NCBI GenBank assembly: GCA_965113315.1
Contig: OZ220374.1
Reading direction: 5' to 3' (one strand)
Source: Podarcis vaucheri
Lineage: Eukaryota
Length of the DNA stretch: 64,000 nt
In this document: in pieces, positions 50,666-63,023 of the stretch
Position numbering within the stretch: the first letter of the stretch is position 1
Layout of the letters: each line of letters begins with the position of its first letter
Translations under genes and position numbers: made by a program
The notes under the pieces: model-generated
What the model saw: only the letters and a program-made list of their open reading frames with translations
Database searches by the model: none
Told to the model about the DNA's origin: nothing

Positions 50666-50904
50666 ACAACCCGGCCGCGAATTGGTTGCACGCGAGATCC
50701 ACTCGGAAAAAACGGTGCCCTTACACCAAGCACCAGACGCTGGAGCTGGAGAAAGAGTTTTTGTTCAACATGTATCTCACCAGGGACCGACGGTACGAAG
50801 TGGCCCGGCTCCTGAATTTAACCGAGAGACAAGTGAAAATCTGGTTTCAGAACCGGAGGATGAAAATGAAGAAAATCAACAAAGACCGAGCGAAGGATGA
50901 ATGA
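50666..50904 (+). CDS. HOXA9: Hox-A9, exon 2 (homeodomain); spliced product about 263 aa
   Basis: Acceptor ttgcag|AC; [20 protein letters not shown]...[10 protein letters not shown]. Confidence 0.98.
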
Positions 50905-52176
50905 TGCTCGGCTTCCAGGTTTAATCACGTTTCAAACAGCAAAAATCTCCCCTTCCAGCGCAACGCAACACAATCCTCCCCTCTTCTGTTCCCAGCATAC
51001 CCCGAGACTGTGTCCAGGCCTCATGTTTTGTTGTTATTATTATTATTATTAATATTATTTGGGGTTTCCCACCCCCCTGGGGTTGTTGCTGTTGTTTTGT
51101 CCTTGGCCAATTCAGCTCTTGAATGTATCTCGCCAGCGTGCAGGGAGATATGGCTGTGCTCCGGTGCTATTATGGAGGTACCCAGATTTATCATTTTCTA
51201 ATCATAGGAAAGGAAAGGGGGGCATTAAACTCGGAAGGCTGATCTGTTGGCTTGTCTAAATCTACCTGTCCTTCACGAAAGAAAGAAAGAAAAAAAGAAA
51301 GAAAGAAACTACCTTTTTAATGCACAATTCTTTACAGACTGTATAGGTTAGTCGACGTAGTTAATTTTATTTGCTCTTTGCGCGGCAGAGAGAGGTCTGC
51401 TCTAATACTTGAACACTGTGTTTTATTGTGGTAATTATATTTGTGACTCAATTTTTTGTGCTTGGGTGCTGTACCAGATGTGATTGTGTAAGCTAGGATT
51501 CAATTTGAACTCAGGTTGTTTATTATAAAGGTTGCATAGAGTATAGCTCGGTAGTGTAAGGAGTCCTTTTTTCTGTATCATTATTAGACAGTGAACCTTG
51601 GATTGTACCCGGGGGGAACCAATTCGTTCGCTCTCTTTCTATCCCAGCTTTTAAACACAAAAGTGGGGGCATGATCTGGGATAGCCAAGGACTTGTGGAC
51701 CCCCCAGTTCTTTTGAAGCAAGTCATTTTCGTATGCACACCTGATCGATCTATCTATCTATATATATATAGTACAGTCTTCGTCGGTTGTATATATCATA
51801 ATCTATATATTAAAGAAAGAAACCCTTAATAATCAGGCTAGCTTGAATCTTGTTTTTGCACCCGTGAGCAATTTTGAGATAACGGAGCTATACCTATATG
51901 TGAAAAAGAAGGTAACTACCTATGGTTTACGTTTTGAGTTTAATCGAATTTAATTGATTCTTATTGTAATGAAGTTTAATTTTATTGATAATAAATTATA
52001 CACTCTAAAAAAACCTACCTTTTGGTTATTGTAGATTTGTATCGATTATTAACATAAAAAATAAAAAGTCCTGGACGTTATGTTTATGCAGAAGCTACAC
52101 TGTATATTTTGCAATAGTTACCTCATGGCCTACTGACCAAATAGTTGTGTCCAGAATGATATTTAACTTTTTGCTA

Positions 52177-52182
52177 AATAAA
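52177..52182 (+). terminator. Likely HoxA9 polyadenylation signal
   Basis: AATAAA followed by TTGTGCTGTTTTT. Confidence 0.5.
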
Positions 52183-52543
52183 ATATATATTGATTCTTTT
52201 AAAAAAAATATTGTGCTGTTTTTAAGATTATTAAGAAGGCAAAACCTGCCCATCTTTACCTTTGGAGAGCAATCAAAATCCTAACACTGGTCCTTTAACA
52301 CGGTTACTCAAAAGGAAGACCCACTCATTTTGATGGAACTTAACTTCCAAGCAGTTATGGTTCACATGGCAAATCCTTCTCCCAAACGAAAACGCGAGTG
52401 GAATCTGGGAGAAGACGACAGTGGAGTAACTCGGCCAGGCATGTTGCGCCCAGGCTATCCAACGATTGCAAAGAACCCTGAACTGGAAACTAAGGATAGT
52501 AACTAGTGTGGGTGTCTTTAATTAGTTAAGATGCTGTGAAATG

Positions 52544-52544
<1 letters not shown>

Positions 52545-52608
<64 letters not shown>
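52545..52608. repeat. (AAT)n microsatellite
   Basis: About 21 AAT units. Confidence 0.95.
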
Positions 52609-52609
<1 letters not shown>

Positions 52610-53975
52610 GAATTGATAAACATAAACCAAAGCAGCAGGACAAAATTTCGGTGACCTTTTGCAGGAATAATCTAGTCAGTACCCGCCCCCCTTTCAACTC
52701 TCATTTTTTTTAAAAAAACAGCTTGGCTTCCAGAAGCAAATAATCCATAGAGTATGAAATTTCATCCATGTCTCTTCATAGAGAAAGCATTCCCAATGTA
52801 AAACCCATTCCAGCTGCTTTCTGTGTCCTCCGTGCATTCTCGCCCGCGAAATAAACACACCGCATTTGACGCAGCCAAAGATGGAGGCTGATCGGGCAAC
52901 AATGGACGCTAGAAAGGTTTTTTGGTCGTTGTTTATAAAGTTCAGGTTAGAAAATCGGGCTGGTTGGCAAAGGGGAGTTGGTGATGGAGATTAACCAACA
53001 CTTTAACGAATACATGCAGGCGATGGAGTGGGGGTGGGCATTCCGAACGGATGAAGAATAAAAGGAATTCTGACGCGTTGGGAGTTTAGTCGTGCCTCGG
53101 GCAGGCTCGGCTCTCCGCTCTGAAATTATTATCCTCCCCCATAAAAAAATATACCAGTTAGAGCAGAGTTGTGCACAAGACCAAACAGGGACTCCTCTGT
53201 AGCTCATTGCAGAAGAGTTTATTTTAAAGGCACAAACAAGCCCGCACACTTCCAGCTAACAAGTCTTAGCTGAAGAAGCTGTTAAGAAAATTCAGAGCCA
53301 TAGTGTGCCATAAAAGAAAATGACTGCTGTAACCGTTTATGGGGTGTAAAATGCTGCAGGGCTGAAGGCAAGAACCTTCAGTATCTCAGGCTTTGAAAAT
53401 GTTCGAAGGTCCAGAGAGGCAGGGGAAATCACTTGGAGTTTTGTTGGCCTTTTTAATTTTTATTTTTAAAAATAAAGAAATCTCTGGTAAATTGCATTAA
53501 ATTAACACAAAGCGAAACAGTTCTTGTCTGCAAAAACAAGGGTGGGGGAGTTCTAATTAATGCCTGTCCCAGTGGTTTGGGATGTTGCGACGCCCTCTGT
53601 TGTTGCAGACAGTGGGGACTTCAAAGAATCCGCATTGGAAGTGCGTAATAAATGGCAGGTCTGCAAACTGTCTGGAATTCGGCCCTTAATGAGTTTACAA
53701 CTGTCCAGCCACAATTAAGATTTTCTACAAAAGCCCTTTCATTTGTTTTGTCTGGCTGTTTTAGATAAAGCGGCTCTGCGGAAATAGCTCGTTTTTATTA
53801 GCCCTTTCCCCTCTGAAATGTAGGCTGTAAGGTGAACGTTTATCTTTAATGAATATACCGCTGGAACCTTTTCTATAATTGCTACTGCATGGCAAAGTAG
53901 ATTACCGAAGCGTTTGCAGGGGTAGATATCAGCTATGTTTACACGTTCGTCAGATTCCTGCACCTATTTTATTGC

Positions 53976-54010
53976 TTGCGGTTACCAGGACGGAACAGCA
54001 GATGGCAGTG
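53976..54010 (+). promoter_or_regulatory. Putative CTCF site between HoxA9 and HoxA7 (7|9-type)
   Basis: Core GGAACAGCAGATGGCAGTG 53992-54010 with upstream module TTGCGGTTAC at 6-bp spacing. Confidence 0.75.
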
Positions 54011-55282
54011 TTGTTCCACGAAAACAAGGGCGATTTCCGCCATGAAGCCAATGGAAAAAATTCTAAAATGTCGACTTCCTAGGAGCAGCATATGCGGTTT
54101 TGAAACTCCTGATTTGACATTAACAAAAGGCGATATTATATATGTCCCCACTACTAAAAGGAATACCTTAATGCTTCAGTATTTCGTGTTTCCATATTTA
54201 ATACTCTTAAAAGTCAATAACTGCAATGGTAAAGTTCTCCGTCTGTAACTATTAGTATTAGTATTAGTATTATCATGCCAGTTCTGTACAGATTTATATT
54301 TTCCCCTCTCAGCTTGAAGCCTGCTTCAAGAATACTGTTAATTTGACCGCAGTAAGAGCAAATAATATGTCGTGCGCCTGAGTGCACGTATCAAACACAT
54401 GTACAGTGAGACTATATTTAAACAGTTTAAGCTTATACAGATGCATTTGGGTTAAACATCCCGTGTATATTGTAATCGACTAATGAAAATGCATAACGGA
54501 TATATAATGTAAAGATATATAATGCACAAAGTCAAAGCAGATATTCTCACACAATATAATCGTTTGTATTAACCCGTTCATGGCTTAGGCAATCTACCTG
54601 GGAATCTGCCCCAATGAATGCAGCAAGGCTTCTTACTTCAGAGTAGACCTGTATAGGACTGCACTACGCTATACTGAGGCCGCATAAGCAATTTTTATAG
54701 CCGGGAATCTCAAAGCGCTTGGAATGCGGATGCTGGTGATTGAAACGCGGCGGAGTTGTTAAAGAAACATGCTCAGTGTGTATTTAAAAACAACAACAAC
54801 ACACAGTTAGACGTGGGTTTTTTATTTTATTTTTTAAAAAATGCTCCGATCAATTTTTTAAAAAAGTATTTATTAGGAGCAAAGAGTTTTCACAATGCAA
54901 TGGGCGAGCTTTTGAGATGCTGAATATGGATGGCTCCATCTTAATCTCTTATTCAGCCAAAGATCCCCTGCCTTTGGTTCTATTCTGCTCTGAGCCAGAA
55001 TCTTTCTGAAACAACGTTCTTTTCGCCGGGCCGAAACAGAGGCTCTAAGTTGGTGGCTTGGCAACAAAATTTAATTTGAAAATTATTTACCGGCCACTGA
55101 ATTCCTTCACCAGATGTCTTTGAGGCAGTTAAAGGCTCCCGCTCGCTTTCTTAAGCAATCTCATCTCTGTGGGACCCGGTTTAATTATGCAGTGCAGATG
55201 ATAACAGTTCTACTACAGCGCATGACTAAGATGCCTGTACGAATCTAGGCTGGAACTCTTACGGCATTTTATTTACTCTTTC

Positions 55283-55314
<32 letters not shown>

Positions 55315-57494
55315 TTATGTATATATAGTATATATTGTATATATATACACACCTCTCCTTCACTTCTGAATTCTACGGCTCCATCGATTAGTAATTGAGC
55401 CATATACACAAACATACATACGGAAGATAGATGAATGGACTCGATGTTTGTGAATAAATAAGACAATTAAACCACAAATGTGTGCCTACTGTACCGAAAT
55501 TAAGATCCAAGAAAGACAGCATTATTGGGGAAAAGCTTTAAGTTTGCGTCTTTTTTCCCTGCAAAAAAAGAAAAAGAACGTTTAGCAGTCAAACGTTTCC
55601 CACTAAATGTGATTATCAAAGGTATTTCATTGTAATTCCTTAGTAGGAATCCAGGAGGATTCCTAAAAAAGACTGGAAATTTATTGTGCATTTATTTAGG
55701 ATGGAACTTACATAAACTCTACTTAATACAAATCCCCAGTAGAAAATGTCGTTTATATGAACGAAGGACTGGTCATGGCAGCTTTTAATGTTAATTCTTA
55801 TTGTCTCGTGTGTACTTTTAATGTAGCTTGTCCTCAATGGCTTCAGCTACAGTGAAATGCAAACACAAATATATACATTTGTTGTAAGTAATTTGGACAA
55901 TGGGTGATCAATGGAGGGAATAAAGGAGGAAGAAAGCAGCTGAAACAGCGGAATAATACCTCAAGTCCAAATTGCAGAAAATTCTTTGCTTGATCCCAAA
56001 ATAAACCACCCTGCAGAATGGCCAGTTGGTGTGTGTGTTTTTAAATCATCCTCGTTATTTTTAACTTTTTATTCTGTGGGTGGAGGTAGTTTTTAAACGA
56101 GGTTTGTTTAGAGAAACCTAGAAAGCAGCAGTTTCCAGGTTACAATTTTTTAAAGGGGGCGGAGAGGGCACTTTGGATGGAATGAGTGACCTAGGGAAAA
56201 CTTTAAATAGTTAAGCAGTATCCATTCCAACGTATCTTTTATTTTTATTTTTAAGTGGGATGGAGAATAGAGGCATCTTCGAAAACTGGACACCATTAAA
56301 TTTCCGCATTCATGTACCGGTAATATGTCCAGGAAACATGGCTTAGAAGTGAATAATCATTTTTTCCCTCTTTTTTTTGCTATTTATACTGGAAGTCTAT
56401 ACTTTGGACGTGATTCGGGGCTCATTGCGAAGGGACATTCCGTTTAGCGAGGGTTAGTCCTGAGACTTTATTATAAAACGCCCTATTTCCTGGAGGGGAG
56501 GCCGTGGACAACGTGTGTGTGTGTGTGTGTGTGTGTGTGATGGTCTTCTCAATGTAAGCAGCGTTTCCAAGAAGTGACTTTAGGCAAACGCGATTTTAAA
56601 ATATATTTATATAATCCCAGCAGAACTGAGACACGCACACGTCTAAGAAAGCAGTGTGCGGTTTGATCCTCCCAGACCTCGGCCTCAAAGCTAGTTGCAC
56701 TTAACGGTGTCCTTTAAAGACTCATCGATAAAATTCTGTCTTGCTCTTATCAATACCCAAGTCTAGACTGTCGGTTCTGTTTGCTGCTGCTTTCCTCTGG
56801 CATCTTGGCTGCGTTGTCACCAGAGGAGCAATTTATTGGCCGAATGCCGTCTAATTCCGCTTCTTTGATCTGGCTCGTCGTCTTTGGCAGGTTTTCTTTC
56901 GCCTTCCCTTCTAACTTCTTAGTCCTCTTTTATTTTTCTCAGGAGGCTTTTCTTTCTTTCTTAAAATTTCAAGGTTATTTTTTAAAGGGGGTATTATTAT
57001 TATTGTAGCCCCTCAATCTTGCATCACACGCCTCTCCCCCCCCCCCAACACACACATTTTCTTCCTTTGGGTTTGACAGCCATCTTGGTGCCTTGACCGA
57101 TCTTGGCGGAATGAAAACCAAAGACGTCTGTCGATGCAACCAGACTGTTCTCTCCCAGGAATAGCAAAGCAAACCTCGAAGGGCGGTCTCCGCGCCCAGG
57201 ACCGGCTCCAGTCCATATCACTGATTGTGAAGACGAGTTCATGATAATAATGTTCTTCCTTTCCAAAACTGTACACCAACACCTCTCTCCAGCCCCTGTT
57301 GCACCCGGGCCTCCTCAGGCCCCTTAGCTGAGTCCTCCCCCCTTCCCTCCCATGGGTTGCCAAAATGTGCCCCTCTGAAGGGTCCCTGCGAAATATGGGC
57401 CAGGCATAATTTTAAACTGGTGAGAACCTCTTTGTACACACAGGATACCAAACTCTATAATCTAAAGGGAGAATTTCCGGGGCAATCTCATTGT

Positions 57495-57600
57495 CCTCCT
57501 TCCAGTTTATGGTGTGCAATATAGCAGGGCAGTAAAAGCTGTCTTTACCAAAACTCCCCCGTCTGAGGGAAGGAAACTAGTTTTACGATCCGTTTTAAAG
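57495..57600. promoter_or_regulatory. Candidate HoxA7 upstream Cdx-type enhancer
   Basis: GTTTATGG, CAATAT, CAGTAAAA and TTTTACGA clustered about 1.8 kb upstream of the HoxA7 ATG. Confidence 0.5.
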
Positions 57601-58085
57601 GAAGGGTAGGGCGCAACATCCTCAATGGCGTGTCCTCTTATTGCTTAGTGGGGGCCGAGTGTTTAGAAATTAAGGAGCTGCCTTATCCGAGATCTGGGAC
57701 GGACACGCACACACACACGCACACACATGCCACCGCTCTCGCCACCACCAACACCACCACATAAAGTCAGAGGTAGGTATTTATTTACCCCGGGGGCGGG
57801 GGAGGAGAAAGAAGAAGCCAGGATGAAACAAAGAAACCTGAGTCCGCATCCCAAGTCTCTTCGATTTTATTTTTTTTTTAAATAAGAGGTGCTGAAAGTC
57901 CGTTTGTTTTTATTTTATTTCCCACTGTATCATTTTTTTTGAGGGGGGGAGTGGCTGAAATATGCATGCTAATGCATAGAAGAAATCCGCACCAGTAAAG
58001 GCAGACCGGCTGCATTATCACCGAAAAACAAAAACAAAACAAAACTCCCTCCTGGATATAAACCTTCCTGGAGTAAAAGGAACAG

Positions 58086-58262
58086 NNNNNNNNNNNNNNN
58101 NNNNNNNNNNNNNNNNNNNNNNNNNNNNNNNNNNNNNNNNNNNNNNNNNNNNNNNNNNNNNNNNNNNNNNNNNNNNNNNNNNNNNNNNNNNNNNNNNNNN
58201 NNNNNNNNNNNNNNNNNNNNNNNNNNNNNNNNNNNNNNNNNNNNNNNNNNNNNNNNNNNNNN
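58086..58262. other. Assembly gap
   Basis: Run of N. Confidence 1.
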
Positions 58263-58540
58263 CCACCCGTCCTCCCTCAGATATGCTGTTCTTTTTCTCT
58301 ATTTGTGTTTTGTTGCTGAGGAAGAGAATTTGGCAAAAGAGGGAGAGAGAGATGATAGAACACGTATTTAGCAACCCTTCACTCATCTCGCCAGCAGCGA
58401 TTAGCCGAATATGTCTGTCAATATCTTAATAAATCTGCGAGCAAATTGGGAAGCCTCTCATATAAATATTTCATTCTTTCCTTTCCTGAGGAAAAATAAA
58501 TGTGAGCAGGATACAGAAGGATTTGCCAAATGAGTTCATT

Positions 58541-58544
<4 letters not shown>

Positions 58545-58577
<33 letters not shown>
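58545..58577. repeat. (CA)n microsatellite
   Basis: Pure dinucleotide run. Confidence 0.95.
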
Positions 58578-58580
<3 letters not shown>

Positions 58581-59184
58581 AGATAGACAGACGCAGATAA
58601 CACATCCTGCATAATGGTGCTGGTGGTTTTTACTATGGGGGTATTTTTATGGGCACCTTGCCTTTGTATTTTTTTTTTTTAATGTGCTTTCCCTCCCGCA
58701 GTTCTACCCCTCCCCTTTCGGAATATGGAAGAGCTGAAAGGCGGAGAGAGATAAGAAACAAGAAAAACAAACAGGAAACATACATGGAAACTCAGAGTTG
58801 TGTTTGTGGTTTATTTCCAGCTCTGCAGGAAATATGACTGAGGAGTGGGCTATATGCAGGAGCAAAACAGAAATGCCTTTTCCTCCCCTTAAAAAAAGAA
58901 AAGACGAGGAGAAAAGGGGCAGAGAGAATAAAGATGCAAAGAGGAAAATGTGTATTTCAAAACACTGGGTTGACGTTTCTTCTTCTAGCTCCCTCTGCCT
59001 CGGGGCTGATCTCGGCGCTCCCTCGGCTCTCTCCGGAGCCTCTCCGGGAACCCGGGCCCCGTTGGAGCTGCCCGAGCGGCCAAGTCTCCCCCTCGCCTTC
59101 GAATCGGCCAGGCGTCGGCTCGATCCTCTTCTCCTTCCATCATAGGACCTTGTGAGCCACCCTGATCTATACCACCTGTGATGC

Positions 59185-59354
59185 AGGAGGAGATTGGAGG
59201 ATGGGGTCATATGACTGGTCACGTGGTGGAGGCAGCTCAGTCCAAAAGAAAATGGGGTTTGGTGTAAATCTGGGGGTGTAATGTTATCATATATCACGCT
59301 ACCTCGTAAAACCGACACGGAAGCCTACCGGACCACAAATCACCGGTCAAAATT
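59185..59354 (+). promoter_or_regulatory. HoxA7 proximal promoter and leader
   Basis: Reverse CCAAT (GATTGG 59191-59196), GTCACGTG 59218-59225, then the conserved Hox7 leader. Confidence 0.75.
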
Positions 59355-59733
59355 ATGAGTTCTTCGTATTATGTGAACGCTCTTTTTAGCAAATATACGA
59401 CGGGGGCTGCTTCTCTCTTCCAAAATGCGGAGCCCACGTCTTGCTCCTTTGCTACCAACTCGCAGAGAAGCGGCTATGGACCAGGCGCTAGCGCGTTCAC
59501 CTCCTCCATGCCTGCCTTGTACAACGTGAACAGCACCATATATCAAAGCCCGTTCTCTTCCGGATACAGCCTGGGCTCCGATGCCTACAACCTGCATTGC
59601 TCCTCTTTTGATCAGAACATTCCCGTCCTTTGCAATGACTTAACCAAAGCCAGCTGTGACAAAGCGGAGGACAGCAACCTGCACAGCCAGGCGGAGAGTA
59701 ATTTCCGGATATACCCCTGGATGAGATCTTCAG
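59355..59733 (+). CDS. HOXA7: Homeobox protein Hox-A7, exon 1
   Basis: MSSSYYVNALFSKYTTGAASLFQNAEPTSCSF...FRIYPWMRSS (YPWM hexapeptide); donor G|GTATGG at 59733/59734. Confidence 0.98.
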
Positions 59734-59959
59734 GTATGGGGGAGGAAGGAAGGAAGGAAGGGGGGTGGGGGACAAAACCGAGATGCGGGCGGGGAAGGCC
59801 GGGCTGGGGGGGGGGGGCGTTGGATTGAAAGCGCCGCCAAGCAGGCGAATGGCAACTTCCACGCGGGTGCGGGGGCAACTTCCACGCAAGGAGCGCGCGC
59901 GCGCCTGCCCTGCCTGCCTGCTTTTAATTAGAGCAAGCGGCGCCATTGCGCAGAAAGCC

Positions 59960-60040
59960 CGTGGCATTGTATGTAAATGAGTCTCATAAAACTTTTTATT
60001 GCCCAATTAATGGGTTCTAGCCTCGTAAATTTATTTAACT
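59960..60040. promoter_or_regulatory. HB1-like homeodomain-site cluster in the HoxA7 intron
   Basis: CATAAA, TTTTATTG, CAATTAATG and TCGTAAA within 80 bp; an HB1 element is known in the Hoxa7 intron. Confidence 0.6.
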
Positions 60041-60779
60041 CTCTCTCCCTCTTTCTCTTTCCCTCCCCTGATATGGAATGGGAGCGTTGGGTTGAATTTT
60101 TGGTCGGGGCCCTAGGGAAATATGGGAAGGGTGATGGCGAAGGTGCCCCGAGACTGGTAGGGGGAGAGCCTCGCTTCTCCTCGCCCGCACTGGCGAAGGA
60201 GGGGGGGGAGTAATGCTGAGTGAGAGAAGAGCCGGGGGTAAGGACTGGGGTGGGGGACGTATCAGAGAGAGAGAGAGAAAAATATATATATATGGGGGGA
60301 AAATGGAGCTTTCTCTTGGAGTGAGCGAGAACGTTTGATTCCCTATTATTAATCTGACCCACCCTCCGCAAGAAATATAGACGGTCAGTGGTAGGCATGT
60401 CAATAAAGAAATGGGTTATTGGAGCGATGCAAACCCGAACCTGCAGTTAATTTTGTGCGAGGACAGGAAGACCTGCTCTTTTAACTGGGAGTAAAAGCGA
60501 GCCCTGAGTTCCAGACACCGCTTTGACTTCCGCCAGAGTCTGGAATGTGGCGGGCAAACCGGAGAGAGTTTGCTTTCAGTCAATCGCCCTCTTTTCCCCC
60601 CGCCTGGTTTTATTTATTTAAACTACCTGGTTAAAACCCGAATTCCTCCACCCACCCGGTTTGTCGCCTTTGCCCCGGGCACTTGAGGGAAAGCTAAGCC
60701 TTCAGTTTTTAATATACTGTGCAGGAAGTCGGTGGGATTTGCTTCCGAGTAGACGTGTCTCAGAATTGGACGGACAGCT

Positions 60780-60862
60780 TCTACCCACTGGCCAGGAAGT
60801 TACGCCTTGCTGGACTCAATGGAGCTTACTTCTGAGTAGGCATGAGCAAGATTGAAGTGCTG
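60780..60862. mobile_element. Degenerate copy of the same repeat family in the HoxA7 intron
   Basis: GGAAGTTACGCC...ACTCAATGGAGCTTACTTCTGAGTAGGCATG. Confidence 0.45.
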
Positions 60863-60909
60863 CTGTCCTGTTCCGAAATATATATACATTTATTTATGGG
60901 GGGGGATTC

Positions 60910-60949
<40 letters not shown>

Positions 60950-60960
60950 ATAGGAAATAG

Positions 60961-61383
<423 letters not shown>

Positions 61384-63017
61384 ACGGACAACTCCCCCCC
61401 CCTCCCGGGCTCTCGCTCGCCGGAGCCCAGCGCTCGTCTTCTGTATGCACGTGACATTGTAAACGCTCTCTTCAAATAATAATTAAAATCTATTTAAAAA
61501 GGAGACCCTTGCAATCACCAATTCCAATTATAAGGGATGGGGGGAGAGGTGAGTTCACCTCGACTGGCCCTTCCGCATTCCCAGAGCATCCGAGACACAG
61601 CTCTGTGTAAACTAAGAGTAAAATTACCACTTGAACACCCGGACCAGTTTGGCTGTGAATGTCCAGACCTGTTGTATTATTATTTTTTGTTACATGATAG
61701 ACGGATAGATTTTTCTCCCCGCCCTGATATCTGTGAGGGGAGGGGGGGTGTCGTAACTTGCACATAATAAGAAAAAGAAAAAGGGGCAAAAACGCTGGGG
61801 AGCCGCATATAGTTTAACTTCCAAATAAACTACCTGACTGTACTGGTCCCAATCAATCGCTAAGGGATAAGTGCATTAGGCTCACACTCAAACTACCTAA
61901 TTTACGCTGAGGATCGATGTACTTCCAGTTACTGAAATTTTTTGTTGTTGTTTCTTTGTTTAAAATAAGCTGAAGAAGGATTTGGGGGGTGGGTGGGGAA
62001 TTTCGAATTCCACGCGGGAGAAAACAATGACTAAACCACTACACACAGCTGCAGTGATTTGTACTACCTATTTTCCAAACTACCTATTATCTAGCTCCGC
62101 CTACCTATCTTCAAAATTATGCTGTATTTTATTAATGCAAAAAGGAAAGATGACAATACTTAAAAGCGGACTTCCTTGCAGGACCTGAAGCGTAGCGCAT
62201 AAGGTATAAAAGGGAAAACAATTGAAAAGGGAGGCCTTCCCAAGTCCGCCACAGGATTTGATGCCTGGTATTGTTGAGTATAATTTAAAGTTTTTAAATA
62301 ATAATAATAATATATTTATTCTAAGGCTGTTATTAAGTGGAAACAATATGCTGCAATGTAAGCTTTCGTCACACAAGTCTTCGCTAGGCCGAATTTGATG
62401 GAGGTTAAACCATCGCAATGGATTTGTACAAAGCGCTTTCGTCGCGTCCTTTTTGTGCGGCTCTGCTCAAGGCCGATTTAGTGTTCCCTTTTGAGTTTTC
62501 TACCATTCTGCTTGATGCAACTGAAAAACACACAAAGCAACAAATTGAAAAAAAAAAGATGTGAATTTAAGCACCGGCCACATATACCTGTTCTCAGCCA
62601 CCTTATTCTCTGCTCCCTATTGCCAGAATGTGTTAAGTCGGAAGCAGCGTTGATTTTCATAACAAAGAACGAATATTGTATATTGGGTCGAGGGAGGCTT
62701 GAGCCATTTCTGATTTTCTTGGACCTCATTGATAAATATACCATGTCATCTGCTGGGAAGCCTGTACTTGGTTAGGCAAACTTTGTAGCATGAAGCAACG
62801 TTGGCAACTGTGTATAAATAAATTCTGCCTTGAAAGTTTTGGCTAAACTTTATTCATAAAATGTACGTTACAATGTGTTTTTCCACTGTGAACATTGAGG
62901 TATCTCGTGTTAAAATTGAAGGGGGCGGGAAGTGCGTGTGTGTGTGCGTCTGCGTGAATACTCTTCGGAGGTGCTGTCGTGTATCGCCCACGTTCGATGT
63001 GTTTTATGTTACACAGA

Positions 63018-63023
63018 AATAAA
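63018..63023 (+). terminator. Likely HoxA7 polyadenylation signal
   Basis: AATAAA followed by TTGTTG and T-rich sequence. Confidence 0.45.

Noticed and set aside
52200-59200. Possible HoxA8 gene or remnant
   Set aside because: No homeodomain or YPWM-type coding sequence seen; the 177-bp gap is too small to hide a gene if its size is accurate
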